A stretch of DNA of 62,435 bases, filler included, from Hausera hauseri (Eukaryota): assembly GCA_046269625.1 (NCBI GenBank). It is 10 parts of 10 records of this genome, joined end to end, with 100 filler letters (N's around TTAATTAATTAA, not from the genome) between each part and the next. Parts side by side here need not be neighbours in the genome. Positions count along the whole stretch, not along the records: positions 1 to 4,979 come from JBJURY010372370.1; positions 5,080 to 9,248 come from JBJURY010723547.1; positions 9,349 to 14,709 come from JBJURY010271397.1; 7 more parts are not named here. One strand, written 5' to 3'. Shown here one piece after another: positions 1 through 9,793 of the stretch. A program made the translations under genes and the position numbers. The stretch's first letter is position 1. Every line of letters starts with the position of its first letter. Below the pieces are notes generated by a model. It worked only from the letters and a program-made list of their open reading frames with translations. It was not told where the DNA came from and ran no database searches.

Positions 1-1
1 C

Positions 2-223
2 TTTTTCGTCGTATTCTGGATCGTTATCGTTCTTTGTTTATGTCTGATATCGGGTTTGATGTTGTGTAAATCCGACTATCACAAATCCCATCTCCAGTTG
101 TCCAACATTTGCGGTCACATCAACGAACAAGTGCCATTGTATGTTGCCGACGTACGGGACAAAGCAATGAAATTTCTCAATCAGTATGTCATCAATCAGC
201 ACCTGGGAAAATCAGAATTGTGA
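2..223 (+). CDS. 3' end of a membrane-protein gene (TM segment + short tail ending KSEL; weak resemblance to the LRRC59 C-terminus)
   Basis: Frame open from base 2: FFVVFWIVIVLCLCLISGLMLC...HLGKSEL*; AATAAA at 258-263. Not in the ORF track (5'-truncated). Confidence 0.5.
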   Translation, partial: FFVVFWIVIVLCLCLISGLMLCKSDYHKSHLQLSNICGHINEQVPLYVADVRDKAMKFLNQYVINQHLGKSEL

Positions 224-513
224 TTATTTTTCACCGTTTATTTATATATTTTGCACAAATAAATGTGGATTTTACCTTGTTTATATCATTTCTCGTTCTC
301 TGACGTATGAGAATGTTAATTACAACCATTCGTTATCTACTGATTATAAAAATTGTGCTTCAGATTTTAAGAACTCTTCGGCTTCTTATTTATGCTGCGG
401 TTTCCGTGATTCACGCAATAATAAAGACTAAATATCGAATACCGATGTTCAATCATACCGACCGGATTGTATTGCTTATTCAGCAAATCAGTCAATGAAT
501 TATTGCAAATCAT

Positions 514-3500
514 GTGAAATCTCATGTTCAGCCATTCTATAATTACAACAACTACTTTATAACTCCGCCCGTTGCAGCACAATTTTCTAATCACCAATTA
601 AATGTCCAAGGTTATTCTCCGTTTAATAAAGTCAGTTATGTTCGACCACCATATGAAAAAAGTGATAAAAACAAATTTGTATATTATCCATATCCCTATC
701 AAACCAGTCCATTCCGAGAATTTATCCCCGGAAATTATCAAAATCAACAGATTTATTATCGACCAGATTCACAAGTTATGCCGCCTGTTCCAAATCAAAA
801 CTATCAAATCTGCCAAAAAACCAAACGTTCAACAACCACTGAATCCATTCCCGTTGATGATATGAATCGTTATTATAAAGATGGACAAAACTTCGGTAAT
901 TTCAAAGCACCGCAAAACAATTCATTTCATTATTTCGATCAAAATTCGTTTCGTAAGAAGCGACCAAACACTACAGAATCAACGAAAATAACACCGACGA
1001 AAAAACGCAAATTGGTCAATCAATCGTTTCCAACGACGAACAGTTTTGATGATCTTTACCAGAAATTGAAATCGGCAAATTACAATTCGCTGCTGATGAG
1101 TCCGACATTTTCTCAATCGCCAACTTTGTTGCCACCTCAGGGATTTATCGATTCCAAATCGAAATACAACGTGTCACGGAAATCGGTGAAATATCGAAAA
1201 TACAAATCGTCGGTATTTACATTTGTCAAATCAAACAAGTTCAGTGATGAGAAAGAATCGGATTTATATTTGAGGAATTATTTAGATGACAGTATTATTT
1301 CAAATCAGCAGTTGTTATCGAAACAAAATGTGGATTATGATGTATTTTCTGATATAATTTGTCCATCACCAGATAAAATGTTGTCAGATGATATTCTGTG
1401 CAATATTTCTTCGTCAAACAACAATGAGAACACAGTCACAAGTCATCCAGCCAGTCCTGAATTTATCAATCCTCCTGATACTCATTACAACACAAATGCC
1501 TTCCAATCTGATAATCATCACAATAAGCAAACACTGTTCATTGATTGTCAAACTGCAAATCCAATTCTACAGCGGAATATCGTCACACCAATTGTCGCAT
1601 ACACGGAAAATGAAACACGACTCATCACTGAAGTTCATCCAAGTAAAACAGAAGAACTCAACAATTCCTACATTCAGTTGTCCGGCAGTTTTCTCAAACG
1701 CACAAAAATCAACGGGAAATCATTTTCCAACATCCACATTGAAGAAGCCGTCAGTATCGCATCATTGACAGCATCAAAAAACCACAATTCCTGTCATCAT
1801 TGCTGTTCATTTCTCAGCGGCCTTACGTCAATACGGAAATGCGGTCGATCCATTGGATTAGAGACGACTGATGATTATTATTTCTGTAGTACGAGTTGTT
1901 TAACGAATTTCAAATTGAAATGTTCGTTTGATTGTGTGTCAGACAATGTGACAAATGGCACGAACAACAGCAACAACAACAGTCGATTGCAGACTACGCA
2001 AATACGAATCAAGAGTACTCCGTATAAACCACCGAAAAACTACAAGAAACTATGTGATTTTGAACAATACGTTCGTCGACGATTTCCCAGTGAAGGACAG
2101 AATGAAATAATGGCAAAGCCTGTCCAGATCACAGATTCAATCAACAAACGTCTTATAGGAATTAATTACAGTTATTATCGTGGTGATAAATTGTCCCCGC
2201 TGTGTCGAGATATCGATAAAGACGACGAGAATTATCTCTTGACGAAATATGCCTATTCATATCATGGACGAGATTTGTCAGACAAACGGCTGTGCGTGTT
2301 GTGCCAAAATATCGGTGATAATGATGAGAGTGTCTGTGGACGACTGGTCAATGTCGATGTTGACATGTGGGTACATTTGAATTGCGGTTTGTGGTGTTTT
2401 GAGGTATTTGAGACCGTCAGTGGATCTCTGATGGATGTTCAGTCGTCATTGCAGAAGGCATTGAAAACATGCTGTTCACATTGCAACACATTTGGTGCCG
2501 GGATTCAATGTTACCGTAGCAAATGCTCGTTCATTTACCACGTGCCTTGTGCCTACAAAATTGGATGCATTTTCTACACGGACAGAGGAATGTATTGTCC
2601 AAATCATGCAGTGCTCAATCACCCAATGCATTTGAAATCTCTGCGTGTTGATCGACGTGTTCTTGTTTATCGTGATGAAAGTGCACTTATTGCCCGTGTG
2701 GTGTCTGACGATCATGAATTGAAAATGAAATTCCGTACGGGATCATTGATCGTCAATTGTATCGGCCAACTGTTGCCGGAACAATTGACGAGTGGCCGAT
2801 TCAATTCCAGTTCGATTATCTATCCAGTTGGATATCACGTGACGAGGATTTATTGGTCACCGACACAATTAAATCATCGATGTAAATACGAATGTTTCAT
2901 TGAAGACGACGGGAATCTGCCTTTATTCGTTGTGAAATTTATCGACAACGGCTGTGAAGTGGTTTTTTCAGATCGATCTTGTGATAATTTGTGGAAAAGT
3001 ATTTTGACAAGAATTGCCGCACTGCGTGAAGATGCCGGATTGACGAGATTGTTCCCGCTGTATCTGTCCGGTGAACAGTTATTCGGTCTGACAGAGCCGC
3101 ACATTATTCGTGTAATTGAATCGTTGCCGGGTGTCGAGATGATCAAGAACTACGCCTTCAAATTTGGCAAAATGCAGCTCATCACCGAAATGCCTCTGGC
3201 AATCAATCCGACAGGATCTGCTAGGACAGAACCGAAATTACGAACGTACGTCCGCAGGGTACAGCCGGATGCGCCGTACAAATCATCGCAGTGCGGCGTG
3301 TTGAAGGCGAAAGCTAGTTGCCCTTACATTTACGAGCCTCTGCTCAGTCGAACTGCCATTATCAATTCGCGAACATTGCAGTACAAGAAAATAAAGTACG
3401 AATGGATGGACAACGTGATTTTGTCTCGATCGAAAATTCAAGGACTCGGTTTATTTGCTGCCCGGGATTTCGATAAATCATACATGATCATTGAGTATAT

Positions 3501-3837
3501 CGGTGAAATAATCCGCAATGAGGTGGGAAATAGACGGGAAATGATGTACCAGGCACGGAACAACAGTATCTACATGTTCAGATTGAATGATGATTTGATT
3601 ATTGATGCTACTGTACAAGGGGGACTGGCACGTTACATAAATCATTCGTGCAGTCCGAATTGCGTCGCCGAACTTCTGTCGTTGGATTGCGGCGATCGGA
3701 TTATCATCACAACGAAGCAGCGAATTGAAAAAGGTGAAGAACTGACGTACGATTACAAATTTGATTTCGAGGACAACAAATCAGATCGAATTCCATGTCT
3801 TTGCGGATCGGTAAATTGCCGTAAATGGATGAATTAG
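514..3837 (+). CDS. trr: Trithorax-related (Trr; KMT2C/D C-terminal-half type) H3K4 methyltransferase, uninterrupted ORF; true start uncertain (first ATG 778)
   Basis: Extended PHD (CVLC...WVHLNC...YHVPC..CPNH), FYRN (IYPVGY), FYRC (SGEQLFGL), Win motif GSARTEP, SET (GLGLFA, ARYINHSC, EELTYDY), post-SET ending CGSVNCRKWMN; AATAAA ~4085. Confidence 0.9.
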   Translation: MKSHVQPFYNYNNYFITPPVAAQFSNHQLNVQGYSPFNKVSYVRPPYEKSDKNKFVYYPYPYQTSPFREFIPGNYQNQQIYYRPDSQVMPPVPNQNYQICQKTKRSTTTESIPVDDMNRYYKDGQNFGNFKAPQNNSFHYFDQNSFRKKRPNTTESTKITPTKKRKLVNQSFPTTNSFDDLYQKLKSANYNSLLMSPTFSQSPTLLPPQGFIDSKSKYNVSRKSVKYRKYKSSVFTFVKSNKFSDEKESDLYLRNYLDDSIISNQQLLSKQNVDYDVFSDIICPSPDKMLSDDILCNISSSNNNENTVTSHPASPEFINPPDTHYNTNAFQSDNHHNKQTLFIDCQTANPILQRNIVTPIVAYTENETRLITEVHPSKTEELNNSYIQLSGSFLKRTKINGKSFSNIHIEEAVSIASLTASKNHNSCHHCCSFLSGLTSIRKCGRSIGLETTDDYYFCSTSCLTNFKLKCSFDCVSDNVTNGTNNSNNNSRLQTTQIRIKSTPYKPPKNYKKLCDFEQYVRRRFPSEGQNEIMAKPVQITDSINKRLIGINYSYYRGDKLSPLCRDIDKDDENYLLTKYAYSYHGRDLSDKRLCVLCQNIGDNDESVCGRLVNVDVDMWVHLNCGLWCFEVFETVSGSLMDVQSSLQKALKTCCSHCNTFGAGIQCYRSKCSFIYHVPCAYKIGCIFYTDRGMYCPNHAVLNHPMHLKSLRVDRRVLVYRDESALIARVVSDDHELKMKFRTGSLIVNCIGQLLPEQLTSGRFNSSSIIYPVGYHVTRIYWSPTQLNHRCKYECFIEDDGNLPLFVVKFIDNGCEVVFSDRSCDNLWKSILTRIAALREDAGLTRLFPLYLSGEQLFGLTEPHIIRVIESLPGVEMIKNYAFKFGKMQLITEMPLAINPTGSARTEPKLRTYVRRVQPDAPYKSSQCGVLKAKASCPYIYEPLLSRTAIINSRTLQYKKIKYEWMDNVILSRSKIQGLGLFAARDFDKSYMIIEYIGEIIRNEVGNRREMMYQARNNSIYMFRLNDDLIIDATVQGGLARYINHSCSPNCVAELLSLDCGDRIIITTKQRIEKGEELTYDYKFDFEDNKSDRIPCLCGSVNCRKWMN

Positions 3838-4141
3838 GCGCGTTGATTTTCGTTTTGATTACTTTTCTTATTTTCCACAGATTTTTTTATTTACCTGTAC
3901 ATTTTCTCTGTATATAGAATGTGTGTGTGTGTATAAATTTGAGTTACTTTGTAGATGTTTCTTCCAGAATTGTGTTTGTTTTGTTTTCAAACTTTCTTTT
4001 CACAGCGTGTATATTCAATATTCAACATCATTTATATCATTTTTGAATTGTACTTAAGCATAATCAAATTGAAGCCGTGATTGAAATAAATGTACTGAGA
4101 GATTTTTATTTTGCGTTATTTCCAGAATGATTTCACCTTAC

Positions 4142-4307
4142 CTTCAGCATCATACGAAGCGCATGCAACTTGGTTACACACAACGAACAGGCCAGCGTAA
4201 CGCCCTTCTTTCTCCACTATCCAACCTGTAGACGCCATCCCGATAAGAGTGAACAAGCACCCAACCGCTCCAACAGCGAGAGCTGCAATAAGACATGGCT
4301 GCTTCAT
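4142..4307 (-). CDS. First coding exon of a claudin/PMP22-superfamily protein
   Basis: TM1 followed by W...GLF..C....C signature; donor AG|GTAAG at ~4141; upstream acceptor ttttacag ~4344. Confidence 0.7.
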
Positions 4308-4979
4308 CGTTAAATCTCGTTTACTTTAGAACTTTCCGTCAACTGTAAAAGAAACGATTTAAGAAAAAAAATATTTAGCATGTTCTCATTCANNNNNNNN
4401 NNCCTAAATTGTTGTTTAAACTTTGACTTTCAGATTTTCGTTTTACAATGAGTATCACTCACACCTAAGGATACATTAGTTTTTACATTATCGAATGACG
4501 ATAAACACAGGAAAATTTCGATTCCAACGTCGAGCATTACTATGGACAGAATGAAGATTTATTAAACAGACCCAAACAATCATGACTTTACAGATTTTTC
4601 TTCTTCGCAAAGGACCTATAATGAACCTTACGTTGGCATTCAGGTAGCTGATATGTGTTAACTTTATTAATTCACAAGTATTTCTAACATAGTATGAGTT
4701 TTACTTCCGCGCTTAATCTACATATTTGAGTTCTACATTTTCGTCCGTGGAAAAGAATATTTGAATACTTATTTCGACTACTAATACGTGGTTATACAAA
4801 GTGAACACTTCAAATGAAAGTTTTTCCTTTAGATTTTTCTGTCATGTATGGCAAAGGTCAACGTGCTAATATACAATTCAATTTTATTTATACGATAACA
4901 GTGGGTCAAATGTCACGTATCAAGAATAAGAGTTGATACCAGTTATCCAACACAACATTAAAACAAAATTGATTTCTCT

Positions 4980-5079
4980 NNNNNNNNNNNNNNNNNNNNN
5001 NNNNNNNNNNNNNNNNNNNNNNNTTAATTAATTAANNNNNNNNNNNNNNNNNNNNNNNNNNNNNNNNNNNNNNNNNNNN
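4980..5079. other. Artificial contig linker (also 9249-9348, 14710-14809, 19258-19357, 23813-23912, 39263-39362, 48192-48291, 53127-53226, 57941-58040)
   Basis: Identical N44-TTAATTAATTAA-N44 spacer (six-frame stop) nine times. Confidence 0.99.
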
Positions 5080-5344
5080 TGAAAACAAATGCAACAAAAT
5101 ATGTACAAATGTATGATAAAATACAATCAATCAACTTTTTCATTACAATATAAAGCGAAGCAAAAAATACAAGTCCAATAAGGAAATTAATCCGTTGTTG
5201 TTGTTGCCGTGTTCGTCTCATTTCAACTTTCATACGTTGTATGAATAGAGATTTGACAATTAATTCAATATATTCCCGTCGACTAATTATTTTGGTTTCT
5301 GCGAGATCACACAAAAACTGCACATCAAACACATGTCCAATCAA
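5080..5344 (-). CDS. Small ORF with C-terminal hydrophobic segment, divergent from pPolB; probable Maverick accessory gene
   Basis: Open ORF running into the contig end; position next to pPolB. Confidence 0.3.
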
Positions 5345-5496
5345 AATTCATCGGTCAATTTCTTAATCATGCTTTCAATGTACTGTTCCATGTGACTTTT
5401 AATTGTNNNNNNNNNNCCATATTTTAATTCATAGTATTTATAACTTAATATAAAACATTTATTTTGTTTTCCATTCAGAAGTGTAGTAATTATCCC

Positions 5497-8400
5497 ATGT
5501 ATTGCGTCTCGCGCATACATGTGGAGCAGGAGCAGTGCCATCAGCAGATGGCTAAATATTACAATGTTGGCACGGGCTCATATTTGTGCCCAACGTGTTG
5601 TAGTATTTTGTCCCTTGTCCATACCCCGAGTTTTATGCGATGCACAAGCATCATCTTGGCCCGTTTATGCGTGCAAAGAAGATGATGGTTGTGCATTGCC
5701 TCACATACCAGCAATACTGTAGTAGTATAGTGCATGACGTTGATGGTTGCCATAGTGTAATGGAGCAGTACTACGGCGCCACAACGGTGCACGGTATACG
5801 TGCCTACGTTTGTCCCGGTTGTTCGATAGTTGATGAAATTAACTATGAACAATTTTATAAGCAGTACAGTGTCCACTTGAACCAGTTTCAGCGGTCCAAA
5901 AAGGAAATAGTGATAGCGACAAAAAAGGTCAGTATCCTCTCAACAAGCAGAAAACGTAAGGCCTCAACAAGTCTTGACGAGTACATCCGAAACAGTACCT
6001 AACAGCAGCAGGTGCAATAGCAGGAACCTTGTTTTACTGTCAAGTACGATCTAAACATATCGTACGTGGACATGAAAGTAAACATGTTGGGGACAATACC
6101 ACTACAGCTGAGACATATTCCGTCCGGTGTGCGCAGCCGGTTAGAATTAGAGGTCGAGAAATTCAAACGCAACAACTGCAAGGTGCAATATTATGCACTT
6201 GTAGAATTTAAAAACTTTGAAGGTGACTGGAAGCAGTGCTACCTGTCACATCGAGCCGTACTATATTAGAAAGATTTTATTGCAGATGTAGGCGAAAAAT
6301 TGGATGAGAAATTCGCCAACAATAAAAAATGGGTAGTGGATGGCGAATTATAAGAACTGTCACACTCGGCTTTATCACAACAAAGTCGAGTGACGTGGTG
6401 TATTTGTCTGGACGGTCATTCATACCGACACATGCATATCCAAGCAGTCTCCGGCGGCAGGGAATGTATAAAATACCGACGACGAATACTGTTTTCTGTA
6501 CAGTATTTTGACCGTATTGAAGTACAGCGAAGTGAACAGATATCACGCAAATCGTCCAAATCAGTATGGGCAGTATTTTTCCAAATTGCAATTTGATGAA
6601 TACTGGATGCCGATGAAACTGAAAACCATTCCTGCCTTTGAACGGCGTAATCCTACTCTGGCAATTAACGTTTTCCCGTACAACACAATAATTGAAATAG
6701 CGGAAGACAAAGAAATTTATAATAATCGCCATGTGGACATAATTTATCGCAGTCGAAATCCGAATGGATGCTCGGTAAATATGTTGCTGTTGCAGCAGGC
6801 CAAAAAGTTTCATTACTCAGTAGTGACAAATCTGAATACGATGCAAATAGTGTCCTGTATGTCTGCATGGATGCAGGTTAAAAACAACATGGGAGAAACA
6901 TGTGATTCTGTTTAAACAAAATTCGTCAGGAACCACAATGTATGTTATGCCTATCTAACAGGAACTCAGGTTCACTCATTGGTCAAAAACAGACAGTCCG
7001 GCATATTTAGTATATGCCGATATAGAAGCTATCTTACCACGGCACAACATATGACCATAAACATGTTCCAATCGCCGTCGGTATGTTGGTTGTCCCAACA
7101 AAAGCCGCATATCAACCTCAATATTATGTTTTCCACGGATGGAATTGTGTACACAATTTCTTGCATCAGTTGCAAACCATAGTGGAAACTAAAATCGCAC
7201 CCTAGTACAGTAGAAATAGCAATAAACTCTTAATGTGGACAGATGAAGATGAACGCCTGGCGTTTGCAGTAACAGATAAATGTTACATGTGCCACAAAAT
7301 ATTGCCGTTTGACGCACTGAAACGGCTCGTATCGGATGACGATCATTTTACTATTCGATATCTCGGAGCAGTATGTAATTCATGCAATTTATCAAGGCGT
7401 GTGTGACCATTCTTACCGCCGATTTTTCATAATTTTCGAGATTATGATTGTCACCATATATTGAAATGGGCCACTAATGTATTTCCCCACTCGTAACTGT
7501 CAGTAATCCCAACAACAATGGAAAAATACCTGTCCCTGTCAGCACGCATAAACCGGTTCCAGGTACGCTTCCTCGACTCATTGCAATTTCTCAGTGAGTC
7601 TCTAGCAAAGTTCTTAAATACCTTGCCGGATGTGCCGGTAACATTGACGCAATTTCCCACACATATTGCCCGTAGAAAAGGCATATTTCCGCATGACTTT
7701 GCAACATCATATGAGAGACTCCGAACAGCAGAGGAACTACAGCCGCGATGGACAGGTAGAGCAGAGGATGAATATCGGAAAGCACAGAGCTGTTGGACAG
7801 AACTAGGCTTCAGAAACATGTTGGAGTACATACTTCAGTATCTGAAACTGGATGTGTACTTATTAGCCGATGTGTTTCGAGCTAAAGCGTTAGCTGAAGA
7901 GAGGCTGGAGCCGCTCAACTTTTATTCCATACAGGGAATGAGTTTGGCGTCAGCTCTAATGCCACTGGATTGAGACATTGAGCTGCTGCAAGATCTGGAA
8001 ATGTACCGGCTGTTTGATGTTGGTATTCAATGCACATTGCTCATGGATTAGTTGCGGTGCTGTTAAACAGAGAAGAAGTCGTTCTGAACCGGCCAAGTTA
8101 CATCGGACAAGTGGTATTGGACCTGAGAAAGTTGCGGATGTATCAGCTACAGTATCGCGACTTTGCACGTTACCGGCAAATGTTTGACGGCTGTGACATT
8201 AGTATAATTGCCGGTGACACAGATAGTTTTTTCCTGCGGCTGAAAAAAGTCAATCGCAAACAGCTACTACAGCAAATGCAGCCAGAAGAATTACTGGACA
8301 CGTTCAACTACCCACCAGATCATCCGTTTTACAGCAGCCCGATAACCGACAAAATCGGACGCTTCAAGGATGAAAGCGAAGGCCGGGTTCAGTATCGTGA

Positions 8401-8710
8401 ATGGATATTCCTACGCCCAAAGAGCTACAGTCTTCTGACGGACTGTGGACCGAAAATGCGAGCAAAAGGAGTCCAGCTGAAGCAAACGGAAATCGGCCAC
8501 AATGATTGCCACCGTATATATGAAGCAGCAGCAGCAGCAGCGGAAGGGGGCCAATCAGTGGCTGTTGTGTCTCAAGCTATCATCTGATCAATTGAGCACC
8601 AGCTGTAAACAATAAATGGTGCGAAAGTCGCTTTGTCATGTAACAGTGATAAGCGAAATTTGGTGGGGCGAAATAAGAGTTGGGCATATGAACATTGGCG
8701 GCTGAAATAA
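5497..8710 (+). pseudogene. Maverick/Polinton protein-primed DNA polymerase B, frameshifted, with internal deletion
   Basis: GSGW motif (6329), FERRNP..INV, EndoVII-like CxxC..DH..CxxCN (~7280-7395), FHNF..YD.H, RFLDSLQF, KGIFP, YLKLDVYLLADVF, RPSYIG..VLDL, GDTDS, FKDE, LRPKSYS, KGV, DKR; stop overlaps AATAAA. Confidence 0.9.
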
Positions 8711-9141
8711 ACGCACGTCAAAACAATCGGTGCTCTGTCGGTTCAGTTCAGTTCAGTTAGTGTGACAATCATTGATAATTATCCGATGTATATAGCTTTT
8801 TATATTTCAATAACGTATTTTATTCAGTGTCTTCTGTGTTTTATTTTCAGTTACTTACTTAACCTATTATTATGAAGTAAGATAGAAGTAAAAGTAAAAC
8901 AGTAACCTTGCACGAGAAAACAAAACTAAAATCACAAAAACATGCAAAGTAAGTCACTTAAATCATGGTAAAATTCCCCATTTTAAATATTGGGAATTTG
9001 ACGCCGCGACTTTCATTGTATCCTTTGAGCTCCAGTGTCAGGTAGCCTTTAGCTCCTTCCGGTGGCAAAACTGCTGCTGCTTCTCCGGCATGTGAACTGG
9101 CAATTTTCGCCATATTTCCTTTGAGAAAAATCGACGATGTA

Positions 9142-9248
9142 AGTAGTAGAAAAATGCCGGTCCTGGCTCACCCCCTCCAACAGCCAATCCGAAGCGTGCT
9201 TGATGCGCACACCCGCACGGCCGGATAGAATCAGCGACGTAGATTCTA
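9142..9248 (+). mobile_element. Left terminus of a (second) Maverick
   Basis: Starts AGTAGTAG; reverse complement GGGGG...CTACTACT resembles ends at 9551, 53738 and 61293; CCAAT box inside. Confidence 0.55.
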
Positions 9249-9348
9249 NNNNNNNNNNNNNNNNNNNNNNNNNNNNNNNNNNNNNNNNNNNNTTAATTAA
9301 TTAANNNNNNNNNNNNNNNNNNNNNNNNNNNNNNNNNNNNNNNNNNNN

Positions 9349-9551
9349 CAAATTCAAATTTTTACACGTACCTAAAATCCATACAGTACGCGTGCTTGTG
9401 TGTATCCACTTTCTGACTGTGTGTCGCCCATCTCCGCCCTATTAATTGTGCGTGCGTGTATCGTTTTTTCTACCCCATGACTCATCCGCGAACCAAACTT
9501 TTCCTTCCTTCCGCGGGGGGGTCTGATCTCATGCGCTCCTATCCTACTACT
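9349..9551 (+). mobile_element. Right terminus (TIR end) of a Maverick
   Basis: GGGGGGG-TCTGATCTCA-TGCGCTCC-TATC-CTACTACT; compare 61257-61293 GGGGGG-TTGGCTAAG-TGCGCTCC-CTTCTTT-CTACTAC. Confidence 0.6.
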
Positions 9552-9793
9552 GCTTCTCCCTCTTCTAGCGCATTTCCTTTATATTTCTCAAAGCCGTACC
9601 GCTATTAACTTTTGCTCAGCTCGTCACGCGCTATGTTTATTACTCGGTTCAAAGTCCATTGCTCGATTTCCTTTCCGGCCGGGGGGGGTCGTGAGAAAAT
9701 TTTAGTGAAATGTTCAGAATAGCCAATCAGATGGGGAAAACTGCTCGGCGGACCAATTAGAGCAGTGCGGCAGAACGCTCACTTCTACCTACT
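9552..9793 (+). mobile_element. Possible second, degenerate Maverick right end
   Basis: G8 run, two CCAAT boxes, ends CGCTCACTTCTACCTACT. Confidence 0.35.

Noticed and set aside
4980-5079. TTAATTAATTAA as a biological motif (piggyBac TSD or repeat)
   Set aside because: Always centred in N runs; synthetic spacer. ORFs crossing it are artefacts.
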